A DNA stretch of 64,000 nt from Candidatus Bathyarchaeota archaeon. Its GTDB lineage: Archaea; Thermoproteota; Bathyarchaeia; 40CM-2-53-6. The stretch lies in contig CAWHWX010000012.1 of the NCBI GenBank assembly GCA_963833125.1, positions 97,572-161,571 of the forward strand, written 5' to 3'. Made by a program: the position numbers and the translations under genes. Below the pieces are notes generated by a model, which was not told the origin of the DNA, made no database searches, and saw only the letters and a list, made by a program, of their open reading frames with translations. This document shows positions 29,649-40,074 of the stretch, one piece after another (position 1 is the first letter of the stretch; each line of letters starts with the position of its first letter).

Positions 29649-30863
29649 ATGATTTCCTTGGCGGCGTCCCAAAAACTCTCTCAATTCACTGAATCGGTCA
29701 TTCGTGAGATGACGCGGCTTAGCGAACAGTACGGTGCGATCAACCTCTCGCAGGGAATGCCCGACTTTATTCCATCCCCGAAACTGGTTGAAGCCGCTGT
29801 AGAAGCGATTAGGCGTGGTTCAAACCAATATTCGATCACTTGGGGTCACAAAGGGCTAAGGGAGGCGATCTCTGCGAAAGCGAAGGAGTATAATGGGATT
29901 GATTCAGACCCGGAGAAGAATGTAACCGTAACGTGTGGTTCGACTGAAGCTGTCGCTTCAGCTATTTTTGCGTTAACAAATCCTGGTGATCGCATCGTTG
30001 TAACCGATCCATTCTACGAGAACTACGTCCCAGACGCAATACTCGCGGACTGTGAACTGCTATACGTGCCTTTCAAGGGTAGAGCTCTAGAACTCGATGA
30101 AGAGAGCCTCAAGAATGTTATGACGAAACATCCGAAACTCTTCATCCTGAACACACCCAATAATCCAACCGGCCGCGTCCTAGAGCCAGAGCAACTAAAG
30201 TTAATCGCCGATCTCTGTGAAGATGAAGAAACCATCGCGGTCACCGACGAGATATACGAACACATACTCTACGACGGCAAACAACACCTAAGCCTTGCTT
30301 CACTGGGAAATATGCACGACAAGACCGTGACAGTGAACGGCGCCTCGAAGACTTACAGCGTCACCGGATGGCGAGTGGGTTGGGCAATAGCCGAAACAAA
30401 CCTCACGAACGCCATACGAAAAGTGCACGACTACTTCACCATTTGCGCTCCCAATCCTCTGCAGGAAGCCCTTGTCACAGCCATGAACTTCCCTTCAGAT
30501 TACTACGAGAGACTAGCAGCAGCCTACGACCGCAAGCGAAGGACCATCATGGAAATCCTTGAAGAAGCAAAGCTTGCATATCATCGACCAGAAGGCGCCT
30601 ATTACATCCTGGTAGATGCCCCTGAGAGGTTCAAAGACGGAATGCAATTTGCCGACTTTCTCCTGAAGAAAGTTGGAATAGGTGTCTTGCCTGCTCAAGC
30701 CCTCTACCACGACAAAACGTTGGGAGAGAGAAAAATTCGCATTGCCTTTTGCAAGAAGGACACCACACTCCAAGACGTTAGACGACGATTCAGAAAGATG
30801 AGCGAGACCTGCGAAAGAAACCGTGCACGCGAAGAAAAGATGATTCCTTCCGACGGCGATTAA
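29649..30863 (+). CDS. PLP-dependent aminotransferase class I/II
   Basis: AINLSQGMPDF, NTPNNPTG, DEIYEH and SKTYSVTGWRVG. Confidence 0.93.
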   Translation: MISLAASQKLSQFTESVIREMTRLSEQYGAINLSQGMPDFIPSPKLVEAAVEAIRRGSNQYSITWGHKGLREAISAKAKEYNGIDSDPEKNVTVTCGSTEAVASAIFALTNPGDRIVVTDPFYENYVPDAILADCELLYVPFKGRALELDEESLKNVMTKHPKLFILNTPNNPTGRVLEPEQLKLIADLCEDEETIAVTDEIYEHILYDGKQHLSLASLGNMHDKTVTVNGASKTYSVTGWRVGWAIAETNLTNAIRKVHDYFTICAPNPLQEALVTAMNFPSDYYERLAAAYDRKRRTIMEILEEAKLAYHRPEGAYYILVDAPERFKDGMQFADFLLKKVGIGVLPAQALYHDKTLGERKIRIAFCKKDTTLQDVRRRFRKMSETCERNRAREEKMIPSDGD

Positions 30864-30867
30864 CCAG

Positions 30868-31503
30868 TTGTCATCCCGGAGCGTACTCAATACCATCCTT
30901 TCGGTATCGAAGACGCCAAGCGCTGGTCCAGCTCCTGCTTTCACTGCCGTTCATGTTTCTCGTGCAATTCTCTGTATCGGTGACCTAGGGCCCATCGGAA
31001 GAATCGATCTATCAAGAAAACTTGGGTTAGGCGAAGGTGCGGTTCGAACCATCATCAGGCATTTGACAAAGGCGAAACTGGTTGAAATTGCAAAGGCGGG
31101 TTGCGTGCTCACACACCGCGGCAGTGTGCTCTACAAGTCGTTGAGATCTCAATTGTCTGAGGTTCGTTCGGTAAATGCGAGGCAGTTGGCCTTGGATAAG
31201 GCAAGTGCTGCAGTTCTGATCAGAGGGTCCGGTAGACTGGTCAAGAAGGGCATCGAGCAGAGGGATGCGGCTATTCGGGTTGGTGCAACGGGTGCCTGTA
31301 CTCTCATTTACAAGAACGGGGAGCTAGTGATGCCAATGAGTGAAGGGGAAAGTTGGATTCTCCAACCCCCTGATTTGCTCTTCGAGGAACTTCGAAAGGC
31401 GTTTTCCCCGAATAACGGCGACGTAATCACAATTGTCAGCGCGCACAATCAAGAACTAGCGGAACATTCTGCGATGGCGGCCGCATTAACTCTCCTAGGC
31501 TAG
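30868..31503 (+). CDS. wHTH protein, DUF4443-like
   Basis: IGRIDLSRKLGLGEGAVRTII and GIEQRDAAIRVGATGA. Confidence 0.75.
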   Translation: MSSRSVLNTILSVSKTPSAGPAPAFTAVHVSRAILCIGDLGPIGRIDLSRKLGLGEGAVRTIIRHLTKAKLVEIAKAGCVLTHRGSVLYKSLRSQLSEVRSVNARQLALDKASAAVLIRGSGRLVKKGIEQRDAAIRVGATGACTLIYKNGELVMPMSEGESWILQPPDLLFEELRKAFSPNNGDVITIVSAHNQELAEHSAMAAALTLLG

Positions 31504-31665
31504 AATCGTAAAGTTGCCGACACCCACGATCGCCACCAGAATCCTACCCGTTTTGCGAACCTCCGACCCAGAATGATGAGTCGTGAAATGTACCGGTCAT
31601 GTGTAAAATCTCCTTAGCGACGCCTTGCCTTTAGGTGGTTGCTAATCGAGAACTGTTTGAGAAAC

Positions 31666-31851
31666 GGTAACGTCGAGTTATCGGTTGTTAAGAGATTCTT
31701 CTTGTTTTCCGTTCGGAATTAAATAGGGTGGATCCACCCCTCGAGGGGTGGAGCCAAACGGTGCCAAACGAAGATAACCCTCGCCCCATTTTACGCCTCA
31801 ATCCCCCCATACGAAGCGGTTTGCAGCAGCAACCGACAAGTTGACGTTACC
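31666..31851. mobile_element. MITE copy 1 (186 bp)
   Basis: TIRs GGTAACGTCGAGTTATCGGTTG and CAACCGACAAGTTGACGTTACC; 8-bp TSD TGAGAAAC at 31658-31665 and 31852-31859. Confidence 0.92.
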
Positions 31852-31923
31852 TGAGAAACGGTCGATAAAGAAACTATATTCACATGCGTGTGCTTAGACC
31901 GTCGGTAAAGCGGAGGAGCAGGC

Positions 31924-33092
31924 TTGGATAAGGCGGATCGAGACTCGTTCTTTCACGACGTAAATGAATTCTGTAAAGAACTTCGTCCAATCGAGGAGGT
32001 CTGCTATATTGAGCACAAGTTCAACGATCAGCTGATCCCACTCAGCAGAAAGTACAACCTCCTCGGAATGCCGATCCGGAAACAGTACGGAGGGCGAGAG
32101 GCTGACGCCTTGTCATACACTAGGGCGTTGGACCGAATTGGAATGGAGGGAACCGGGATTCGTACGTTCTTTTCCGGCCACACTTCGATTGGTCAAGTTC
32201 CTATCCAGATGTGGGGAAACGAGGAGCAAAGGCAAAGATACCTTCCTGCCTCGACGAGGGGCGAGAAGATTCTTGCTTTCGGGCTAACAGAGCCTGAAGC
32301 TGGTAGTAATCCACTTGAAATGAAGATGACGTATGAGGATAAGGGAAGTCACTACGTTCTGAACGGAGTGAAATATCTCATCTCGAATGCAGGCATTGCC
32401 CATGCAATCGTGACTTTTGCTTATCCTAAAGGTGGAAACAGAATCAGCGCATTCATCATTGACACTGACAAAGAAGGAATCCTAAAACAAGATTTGACGA
32501 CAAAACTTGGCATGCCGACCACCAATACCGGCCTGTTCGAATTGAACGATTACCCAGTCCCAAAGGAGAACTTGCTCGGGAAGGAGGGTGATGGGTTCAA
32601 GATTGCAATGTCAACCCTCATGAGCGGCAGGCTGAGCGTTGCCGCAGGTTGCTTGGGTGTAATCGCCGACTGCCTAGCCGAAGTCGTCCGTTACTCCAAA
32701 GAGAGGGAACAGCATGGCAAACCAATCGCCAAACATCAACTTGTGCAAGAACACATCGCAATGATCCGAACCGAGCTGGACGCCGCTCGAAGCTTAGTCT
32801 ACAGGTCCGCGAGAGCGAAGGGTGTTTACGATACCGATCCTTCGAACGTCTCCGCCAGAGCCTATGCGGATCGGATGATTGCCGAAGGAAAGTTGTACGC
32901 GTCCAACGCGGCATGGACACGGCCGATCGAGCGGTTCAAGTGTTCGGGGGACGAGGATACTCCTACATGTTCAGGCCGGGCAGGCACCTTCAGGATGTCA
33001 GAGTTTGCAGACTCTATGAAGGTACGGACGAGATAATGAAACTCAAAATCGCCTCAGCCGTGCTCGGAAAAGAGTACGAAGCGTACCAGTAA
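31924..33092 (+). CDS. Acyl-CoA dehydrogenase (frameshift ~32915)
   Basis: FGLTEPEAGS, LNGVKYLISNA and REQHGKPI; tail VQVFGGRGY...YEGTDEI is in a shifted frame. Confidence 0.92.
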
Positions 33093-33554
33093 TCACTTTG
33101 AGGGGTGAGGCTCGAGTTGAGCCTTGATGCACTCAAAGAATTGGTGGGTCATCTTGTCTGTACTGTTCTGAATTAGGCTTGGAGAAATCTCACCAAGCAA
33201 CCCGCCTAACTGTACCTCAGTCTTCCAGACGAGCTCTGTAGTGTCCGTGCCGATCTCATTCAGGTCTATCGTTGCGTTAAGTCGCAGAGATACTCCAGCC
33301 CCTTTACCAACTGCTTCAAACATTGAATGGGAAGGTGGTGTTTGGTCGATTAGGGTGAAGTCAAATTTGAGTGTGCCGCGGACGAAGGCGATTCCCGCTT
33401 TGACGGTCGCCACGAAATGGTTACCATCTTTCACCTCAAGGCTCTGTAGGTCAGGGAGGCAGTGGGCTATTTGTTGGGGATCCGAGATGAACTTCCAAAC
33501 GTCGTTTCGGGGGCAGTTTAGAACGTAAGTTCCTTCTAAGTGCAAATATTGCAA
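33093..33554 (-). CDS. CoxG/SRPBCC family protein
   Basis: VWKFISDPQQIAHCLP and GGLLGEIS. Confidence 0.8.
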   Translation of the reverse strand: MQYLHLEGTYVLNCPRNDVWKFISDPQQIAHCLPDLQSLEVKDGNHFVATVKAGIAFVRGTLKFDFTLIDQTPPSHSMFEAVGKGAGVSLRLNATIDLNEIGTDTTELVWKTEVQLGGLLGEISPSLIQNSTDKMTHQFFECIKAQLEPHPSK

Positions 33555-33558
33555 CGCC

Positions 33559-34752
33559 TCACACTATTCGTTTTTCATGTAATTCTTCTACCCGGTGTGA
33601 ATCATAGCCGAGTAGTGTTCGTAGGATTTCATCTGTGTGTTGTCCGAGAAGCGGGGGTGGGTCTCGAATCTCAGGCGTTGTATCAGAGAATTTCATCGGG
33701 ATTCCAATCTGGTCTATTTCCCCCGCTTTGGGATGATTAATCTTGACCCGCATTTCTCTCCTCTGGACTTGTGGATCCGCAAAAATCTCCGCGATTGAGT
33801 AGACTGGACCAGCGGGTAGTTTTGCTTGGGTTAGAATGTTCAACCATTCTTCCTTAGTCTTCTGTTGGAATATTCGCTCCAGTAACGGGATTAGTTCATG
33901 TCGGTTGGATATTCTTTGGGCGTTGGAGGAGAACTTGGGATCATCAGCTAGGTTCTGGGAGCCGATGGTTTCGGAGAAAATGCGGAATAGCTTATCGTTT
34001 CCAATCGCAACCGTAATGAACTCTCCATCCTTGGTTTTGAAGCATTGGTATGGAACAATGGTCGGGTGTGCCGATCCCATTCTCGTTGGGCTTCGACCCG
34101 TCGCGAAAAAATAAGCCGCCATGTAAGTCATCAAGGAAACCGTACTGTCCAACAGAGAGACATCAACTAATTGCCCTCTTCCGGTGCGTTGCCTACCTGC
34201 CATCGCAGCGAGTATAGCTATAGCGGCATACATGCCCGCTGCAAGGTCGGAAATGGCGACGCCGATTCTCACCGGAGGCCGATCAGGTTCTCCGGTTATC
34301 CCCATTAGCCCACCCATACCTTGAATTACGATATCATACGCCGCCCAATCTTTGTACGGACCGCTTGGGCCGAAGCTGGTTATAGAGCAGTAGATGAGCT
34401 TCGGGTTCTTCTTTGAAATAGTGGGATAATCAATCTGAAGGGTTTCGGTTACGCCCGGCCGAAAGTTTTCAATTATTACGTCACACTTTGTCGCGAGATC
34501 GTAGAAAACCCTTCTGCCTTCTTCGTTGTTGAGGTCGAGTGTTAGGCTCTTCTTATTGCGGTTGATTGAAAGAAAATACGAGCTCTCTCCGGCGATAAAC
34601 GGAGGACCCCACTGCCTTGTGTCATCACCGGTGCCTGGAGTTTCTATCTTGATTATTTCAGCTCCGAGATCTCCGAGGATCATGCTACAGAAGGGTCCGG
34701 TCAAAACGCGGGATACATCAAGTATTCGTGTCCCATCTAACGGTCCTGGCAT
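33559..34752 (-). CDS. CaiB/BaiF family III CoA-transferase
   Basis: GPLDGTRILD, NRNKKSLTLDL, ENFRPG and PPLLGQHT. Confidence 0.94.
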   Translation of the reverse strand: MPGPLDGTRILDVSRVLTGPFCSMILGDLGAEIIKIETPGTGDDTRQWGPPFIAGESSYFLSINRNKKSLTLDLNNEEGRRVFYDLATKCDVIIENFRPGVTETLQIDYPTISKKNPKLIYCSITSFGPSGPYKDWAAYDIVIQGMGGLMGITGEPDRPPVRIGVAISDLAAGMYAAIAILAAMAGRQRTGRGQLVDVSLLDSTVSLMTYMAAYFFATGRSPTRMGSAHPTIVPYQCFKTKDGEFITVAIGNDKLFRIFSETIGSQNLADDPKFSSNAQRISNRHELIPLLERIFQQKTKEEWLNILTQAKLPAGPVYSIAEIFADPQVQRREMRVKINHPKAGEIDQIGIPMKFSDTTPEIRDPPPLLGQHTDEILRTLLGYDSHRVEELHEKRIV

Positions 34753-34809
34753 TGGTCTGGCTCCGTGGGAAACAATTACAATGCGTTGATGGGTAAGAAA
34801 TCGTTAGTG

Positions 34810-35295
34810 CTAAGCGCCTTGCTCGGTTTGCGGTGTTGCCAGAGAAGTTCTCATTCTGTTCGCTACAAGGTATGCGCCGTAACCGATCATTACAGCAATC
34901 GTTTGGCCGAGGAATGCGGAGAATGCAGCTTCGGTCGTAGATACGCCAGAGGTTATTGGCAGTAGATACGTTAACCACGCTGATGTTAGGATGATGTAGG
35001 CGATGCAACCCGCGAGCGTACTCACCTTGCGCAAACGGTAAACCGCCAACAATCCGACGAAGGAAACTACAGGTGATAACATTGCAATCGGTGACGCTTC
35101 AACCCCCAGATTTGCAATGAATTGTCCAAGGGTTAGGCCTAGGACTGCTGGGTACCCGAATATGGCTACGAATGCGGTCGGGATTTCGCCTACCTTCACT
35201 TGGTAAGCTAGTAGCGAGAATTTTGGTAGGCCGAGAGTTCCCGCCGCGTAGAGTGCGGTGAAGATGACGAAAGGGCCGAAATCCTCTAGCTTCAT
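34810..35295 (-). CDS. QueT family transporter
   Basis: IFTALYAAGT...YQVKVGE...AVLGLTLGQFIAN; ATGA overlap with the cox3 stop. Confidence 0.7.
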   Translation of the reverse strand: MKLEDFGPFVIFTALYAAGTLGLPKFSLLAYQVKVGEIPTAFVAIFGYPAVLGLTLGQFIANLGVEASPIAMLSPVVSFVGLLAVYRLRKVSTLAGCIAYIILTSAWLTYLLPITSGVSTTEAAFSAFLGQTIAVMIGYGAYLVANRMRTSLATPQTEQGA

Positions 35296-36141
35296 CCTAT
35301 GAGTCGACTCCCCTGCCAAAGCAATGCGAAGAGTAGAAGCCAAATTATGTGTACGAAGTGCCAATAGGTGGAAGTGGCTTCTGCGAAGCCGTAGTTCTTA
35401 GGTGAATATTGACCCATAAACGCACGAATGTCCGTGTAGCTGTACACGATAACCCCCGCCACCACGTGCGCCCCATGAATACCTGTAAGTAAGAAGAAGG
35501 TCGCTCCGAAAAACCCGCTTGTAGGTGTGAGAATCTTATTAAAGAGTAGATGTGGCCACTCGAAACCAAATTGAAGAATCGGAAACAGGCTTGCGAGAAT
35601 TGTCGTCCCGATCAACCCAAACCTGAATGCTCTTTGATTTCCACGCTTGAGTTGCCAAATAGCCCATTCAACAAGCAAGCTACTCGAAATGAGGATCAGA
35701 GTTTGTATGCGGGCAATCGAATCATCTAGAATGGGGGCGCCAGCTGGGGGCCACAAGGGAAATTGTACTCTGATGGCGAAATACATGGCAAAGGCGCCAC
35801 CGAAGAGAAGTATTTCGGTTAGGATGATCAGTTGAACTGTCAAGATTTATGTCGACTGGAAACGGTCCCAGATTCGTTCCGGCTGGGATTCGACCGAGTG
35901 ATTTCGATGCTGAAGACCGCCAGTTCCGGGTTTCGCTGTAAAGAAATGCTCCCAATACGGCTACGAATGAGACCATCATCAAAATAGCGGCTGGTAGGAC
36001 AAGGCCTTTCACCAGAAAGAAGAAGCCTACCATGGCAACTCCTATTGCCATAGCGATGATTATTGGCCAAGCGCTGTGTTCTAAGTATTCAGGTGCATTA
36101 TCCTCGGGATGGGTTGGTGAATTGTCGGTGGCAGTTCCCAT
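35292..36141 (-). CDS. coxC: Cytochrome c oxidase subunit III (frameshift ~35845)
   Basis: HSAWPII, TEILLFGG, FFLLTGIHGAHV and YWHFVH. Confidence 0.9.
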
Positions 36142-36272
36142 TTCGCGGAGCCTTTCGCCCTGCGAAGCCGCAGCAAATATAAGGTTTCGGGGAAGCCAAT
36201 CGGTGAAAGAGTTATCATATGAAATCGCATTTTTATTAGCCACTACTTAATTGTCGCAAGGTTCGATTATCA

Positions 36273-36797
36273 ATGGTGACTCGGCGTCTCTTCCAAGCTT
36301 TGGGATTGGCGGCAGGTTTCGTTTTAGTTGACTACGCGTTTAATCTAATTGCATCAGGGCTTCCCGGTGCTCGAGCCCTCACTTCAGAGTTCTTAGCTGC
36401 GAATCTACTTGTGGGCGGGTCCGCATTGGTTTTCGTCTCACTCTACTACCTCCTAAAACCAATAACCCCTACCTCGCCTACTGTCCCACAGCCAGTATCA
36501 GCGAGGCCTGACGTAGGGGTCGAATTGATTGAGGAAGAAGCGACGCCACCGAAACCAGGCTTCTACAAGACCATCGAATACATCGGATACTTCTTCGCCT
36601 TCCTTGGTTTGATCTCTGCCGCAGACTTGGTGATGCAGGTCTTCCTACGTTCAACTTACAATGAGGGGCGTTGGTGGGTTGAGGTATTGCTGGTAACATT
36701 TGGAGTTCTATCGTACACAATCTTCGGTTCAATTGGAAGATTGGGTGCACAAGAGGAAGCCAGCCTGAAGAAAATGCCTGCAACGCCGAAAATGTAG
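36273..36797 (+). CDS. Four-TM hypothetical membrane protein
   Basis: Hydrophobic helices; divergent from coxC. Confidence 0.7.
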   Translation: MVTRRLFQALGLAAGFVLVDYAFNLIASGLPGARALTSEFLAANLLVGGSALVFVSLYYLLKPITPTSPTVPQPVSARPDVGVELIEEEATPPKPGFYKTIEYIGYFFAFLGLISAADLVMQVFLRSTYNEGRWWVEVLLVTFGVLSYTIFGSIGRLGAQEEASLKKMPATPKM

Positions 36798-37181
36798 CCT
36801 CGAAGATCATCGTTTCAACAACGGAAGAAACCCACATAACCGTGCTTCCACGGCTGCGCCCACTGTGACAATCGAGCCTATGGTGCTCAATCTTGCAGAG
36901 TTCAACCCCACTGCGCGGGTGACTATGAGCGGCATTTGACTGGGGATTCGTTCGACATGTTCCGGGTGGATCCTGAAGTCATCACAGTTTGGCGGGAGGA
37001 TCGAAAGGGAATTCGTTCCAACTACTTAGCTGGCCCATACGAGTTAACCCGCAGGATGCTGGAAGAATATGCTAACGGGGGACAGGAACTTAGTATAGGC
37101 CACTTGATCGCTTCATCGATACAGTTCGAGCCCTTCTGGCGTTACAGGGGAAGGTCACTCCGCAGCATCCGCCGGCGTAAG

Positions 37182-37271
37182 CTAACGTGTGAGCACCGCA
37201 CGGAGTATAACTGCTATCACTACAACAGTCGCGATCGTGAAAGAGACTATTACGACCTGTTCTTTCGTCAA
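37182..37271 (-). CDS. 29-aa single-TM micro-protein MTKEQVVIVSFTIATVVVIAVILRAVLTR
   Basis: TTG start overlaps the ctaA stop (TTGA); one clean TM helix. Confidence 0.55.
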   Translation of the reverse strand: MTKEQVVIVSFTIATVVVIAVILRAVLTR

Positions 37272-37719
37272 CTGGTTACCGACCTATTTGTGTCAAGCGA
37301 GACAAAACTAGCCGTCAGCGCGCTTGCGAAAACTAGAGTTGCGAGAGCTAGATGGGCAGTTACCGCTAAAGGTAATGTGCGTGTATCCACCGTAATCATT
37401 CCTAGAACTATCTGTCCTAATAGTAAGATGAACGTTAGCGTTGAGACTTATGGTGACTTTGTTTCCCCAGTGATATTTCTTCCATGCGAACACAGTAGTC
37501 GCAATGACTAGGGCAGTGACCACGAGCGTCCACAATCTATGCGTATACTCGATAATCACTGGCGTCGTGAATGTTGGGATGATTTGCCCATTGCATAACG
37601 GCCAATCTGGGCAAGCTAAACCATAATCGAATGAGGCTACGAGACCTCCGATGACGATCAAGATGTAAACTGAAACTGCGGTGGCCAAGGACAGTAGGGA
37701 GAAGGGCTTGCAGTTTCAT
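37268..37719 (-). CDS. ctaA: Half-size heme A synthase (CtaA/COX15), frameshifted
   Basis: GLACPDWPLCNG, EYTHR, GQIVLGMITV and TAHLALA; ATGA overlap with the coxA stop. Confidence 0.85.
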
Positions 37720-39209
37720 GGCCACGGGTTTCCTGTAACCTTTGGCCCTCGGAGCCAGCTGAAAACTAGATTCAGGACCAAGATTATCACGCCAATCCCA
37801 ATCAGAAATCCGGATAGGCTGGCGAGAAGGTTTGGCGTTGCGTATTGAAGTGGGTAAGTGTACCACCGCCTGGGCATCCCTTCCAATCCTAGAAGTAGCA
37901 TCATTGAGAATAGCATGTAGATGCCGACTTCAGTAATCCACGAATTGAATGTTCCCCCACTTCTCATTATACATCCGCCCCGTCATGTACGGGAAGTAAA
38001 AGTACAATGCGGCAAAGATAGCCTGTGTTGAAGCGCCCAGAAGCATCAGGTGCAGGTGGCCGACCACCCAGTATGTGTCATGAAAGAGGTAGTCGACGGG
38101 GATTGCTGCTTGAAAAACGCCCGTAGCGCCAGCGAAGAAGAAGGTGGAGATGAATGCTATCGCGTACTTCATCGGAACTTTGAGGCTTATCCTTCCTCCA
38201 ATCATAGTTCCTATCCAATTGAACACTTTGATTCCGGATGGAACGGCAATGGCTAGGGTCATAGCCATGAACGGTAGCCTCGCTATGTCAGAGAGTCCTG
38301 ATGTGAACATGTGGTGGGCCCACACTCCAAATCCGAAGACGCCGATCATTATGCCTGAGCCCGCAATCATTCCATAGCCGAAAATCTGTTTATGCGACAT
38401 TACCGGAATGATTTCGGATATCAGCCCGAACGCAGGAATTATCATAATATAGACCTCCGGATGCCCAAAAACCAGAACATATGTTGCCATAGCAGTGGGT
38501 CGCCTCCTAGCTTCGGCAGAAAGAAACCGGTTCCGAGGTTACGATCCATAAAGAGCATCACAAGAGCCGCGGTGAGAACTGGAGTGGCACCAATGATTAG
38601 GAAAGCTGTGACGAGCATCATCCAAACGAAAAGTGACATGTTCCGAAACAATACGCCTGGGGCCCGTAGCTTGTAGATCGTGACAACGAAATTCACGGAT
38701 CCAAGTATAGACGAGATTCCAAGGACCATAAGCCCTAGCAGCCAGAGGTCTATTCCGTAGCCGGGGGAAATTACTGAAAGTGGGGCATAACCAGTCCATC
38801 CAGCATCAGGTAGGCCTGACCAAATCAATGCGCCCCCAACGGGAAGCAGCCAGTAGCTTAGCGCGTTGAGCCTGGGGAAGTACATGTCCCGGGCTCCAAT
38901 CAGCTTCGGAACCAGGTAGTTTCCAAAACCAATGAGGCAGGGTATTACCCACAGGAATATCATGGTAGTGCCGTGCGTTGTGAAGAGACTGTCGTAAACC
39001 TCCGGCGTTACCACGGCGTTTCCCGGTTCAGCGAGTTGGGTTCTAATCAGAAGGGCTGCGACACCGCCGAGTAGGAAGAAGAAGAACGAAGTGGCAATGT
39101 ACAGGATTCCTATGTCGGTGTGATGGGTTGTGGTAAGGATGCCTTTGAGGCTTGAATAAAACGCCGGTCTCTCTCTTTCTTCTACAACTAGCGCCTGCAT
39201 TAGGACCAT
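37716..39209 (-). CDS. coxA: Cytochrome c oxidase subunit I, A1 type (two frameshifts)
   Basis: HGTTMIF, DMYFPRLN, GHPEVY, WAHHMF, PSGIKVFNW, HDTYWVVGHLH and GMPRR. Confidence 0.95.
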
Positions 39210-39214
39210 CTTTC

Positions 39215-39685
39215 CTATGCGACTACTACAAGTTCACCTATCATCGTGTAATGCCCCGTGCCGCAAAACTGTGTGCATTCGATCGTATACTGGCCTGGAG
39301 TGTCTGCCCTGAACCAATAGTGGTTGTCGTGTCCTGGGATTGCATCAATATGAATCCCTAGCTGGGGAATGAAGAAGCTGTGTGCGACGTCCGTGGATAC
39401 GAGTTCCAAATCCACATTCTCGCCAACCGTCACATAAAGCGCATTTTGGGTGCTCGTACCGTTCGGAAACTGCCGACTCGTTCCATTCGGAAATGTGATA
39501 GAACTATTGGGTCCGTACTCAAACGTCCAATAGAATTGCCTGGCTACGACTTTTACATGGAGCGACCCAGGTGGGGGTGTGTCGATGGCGATCAGATTGA
39601 CCCCGGCTACCACCCCTATGTAGCCTAAAACGAGAGAGGTAACTAATACTGCGATAAGTTCGAGCGCGTGACCTTTATCCACCAT
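39215..39685 (-). CDS. coxB: Cytochrome c oxidase subunit II, CuA domain plus one TM
   Basis: ARQFYWTFEY, DVAHSF and CTQFCGTGHYTM. Confidence 0.95.
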   Translation of the reverse strand: MVDKGHALELIAVLVTSLVLGYIGVVAGVNLIAIDTPPPGSLHVKVVARQFYWTFEYGPNSSITFPNGTSRQFPNGTSTQNALYVTVGENVDLELVSTDVAHSFFIPQLGIHIDAIPGHDNHYWFRADTPGQYTIECTQFCGTGHYTMIGELVVVA

Positions 39686-39921
39686 TACTTCACGCCAGCG
39701 CTTTGGGGTTTTTCTCTATACCTAATGATAGCGTAAAACATGATTCCAAAAACAACTATTCCCGTGGCAATGCCGATTAAGAGGATTTGGTTGAACAATG
39801 CCCATTCGGCAGAAACCTCTGGCGACTGGGCGAATACGAGCGGCACTTTGAGGAGAGAGGTAAGAGTGACTATGGCCAGTGCCATTAGTATGAGGTTGGA
39901 GGCTTGTAATCGCACGAACAA
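39685..39921 (-). CDS. Separate N-terminal part of subunit II (signal peptide plus TM1)
   Basis: GIVVFGIMFYAIIRYREK is typical CoxB TM1; TAATG stop/start overlap with coxB. Confidence 0.7.
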   Translation of the reverse strand: MFVRLQASNLILMALAIVTLTSLLKVPLVFAQSPEVSAEWALFNQILLIGIATGIVVFGIMFYAIIRYREKPQSAGVK

Positions 39922-40074
39922 TCAACCGTCAGTTTTCATCGCTGCAAATCTAGAACTCTGATATTTAGGTTTGGAGTTTCAGCTGAGGAAGCAAAGCCTC
40001 ATTTCATCGCGACCACATATGATCTTGAAGCGTTGAAAATTAGCCGTCATGGTTGAACGGAGTCCGTTTGAATA

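Noticed and set aside
36820-37511. Plus-strand ORF 36936-37511
   Set aside because: Its 3' half is antisense to ctaA and the micro-ORF. The 5' half may be a degraded gene but has no recognisable motif.
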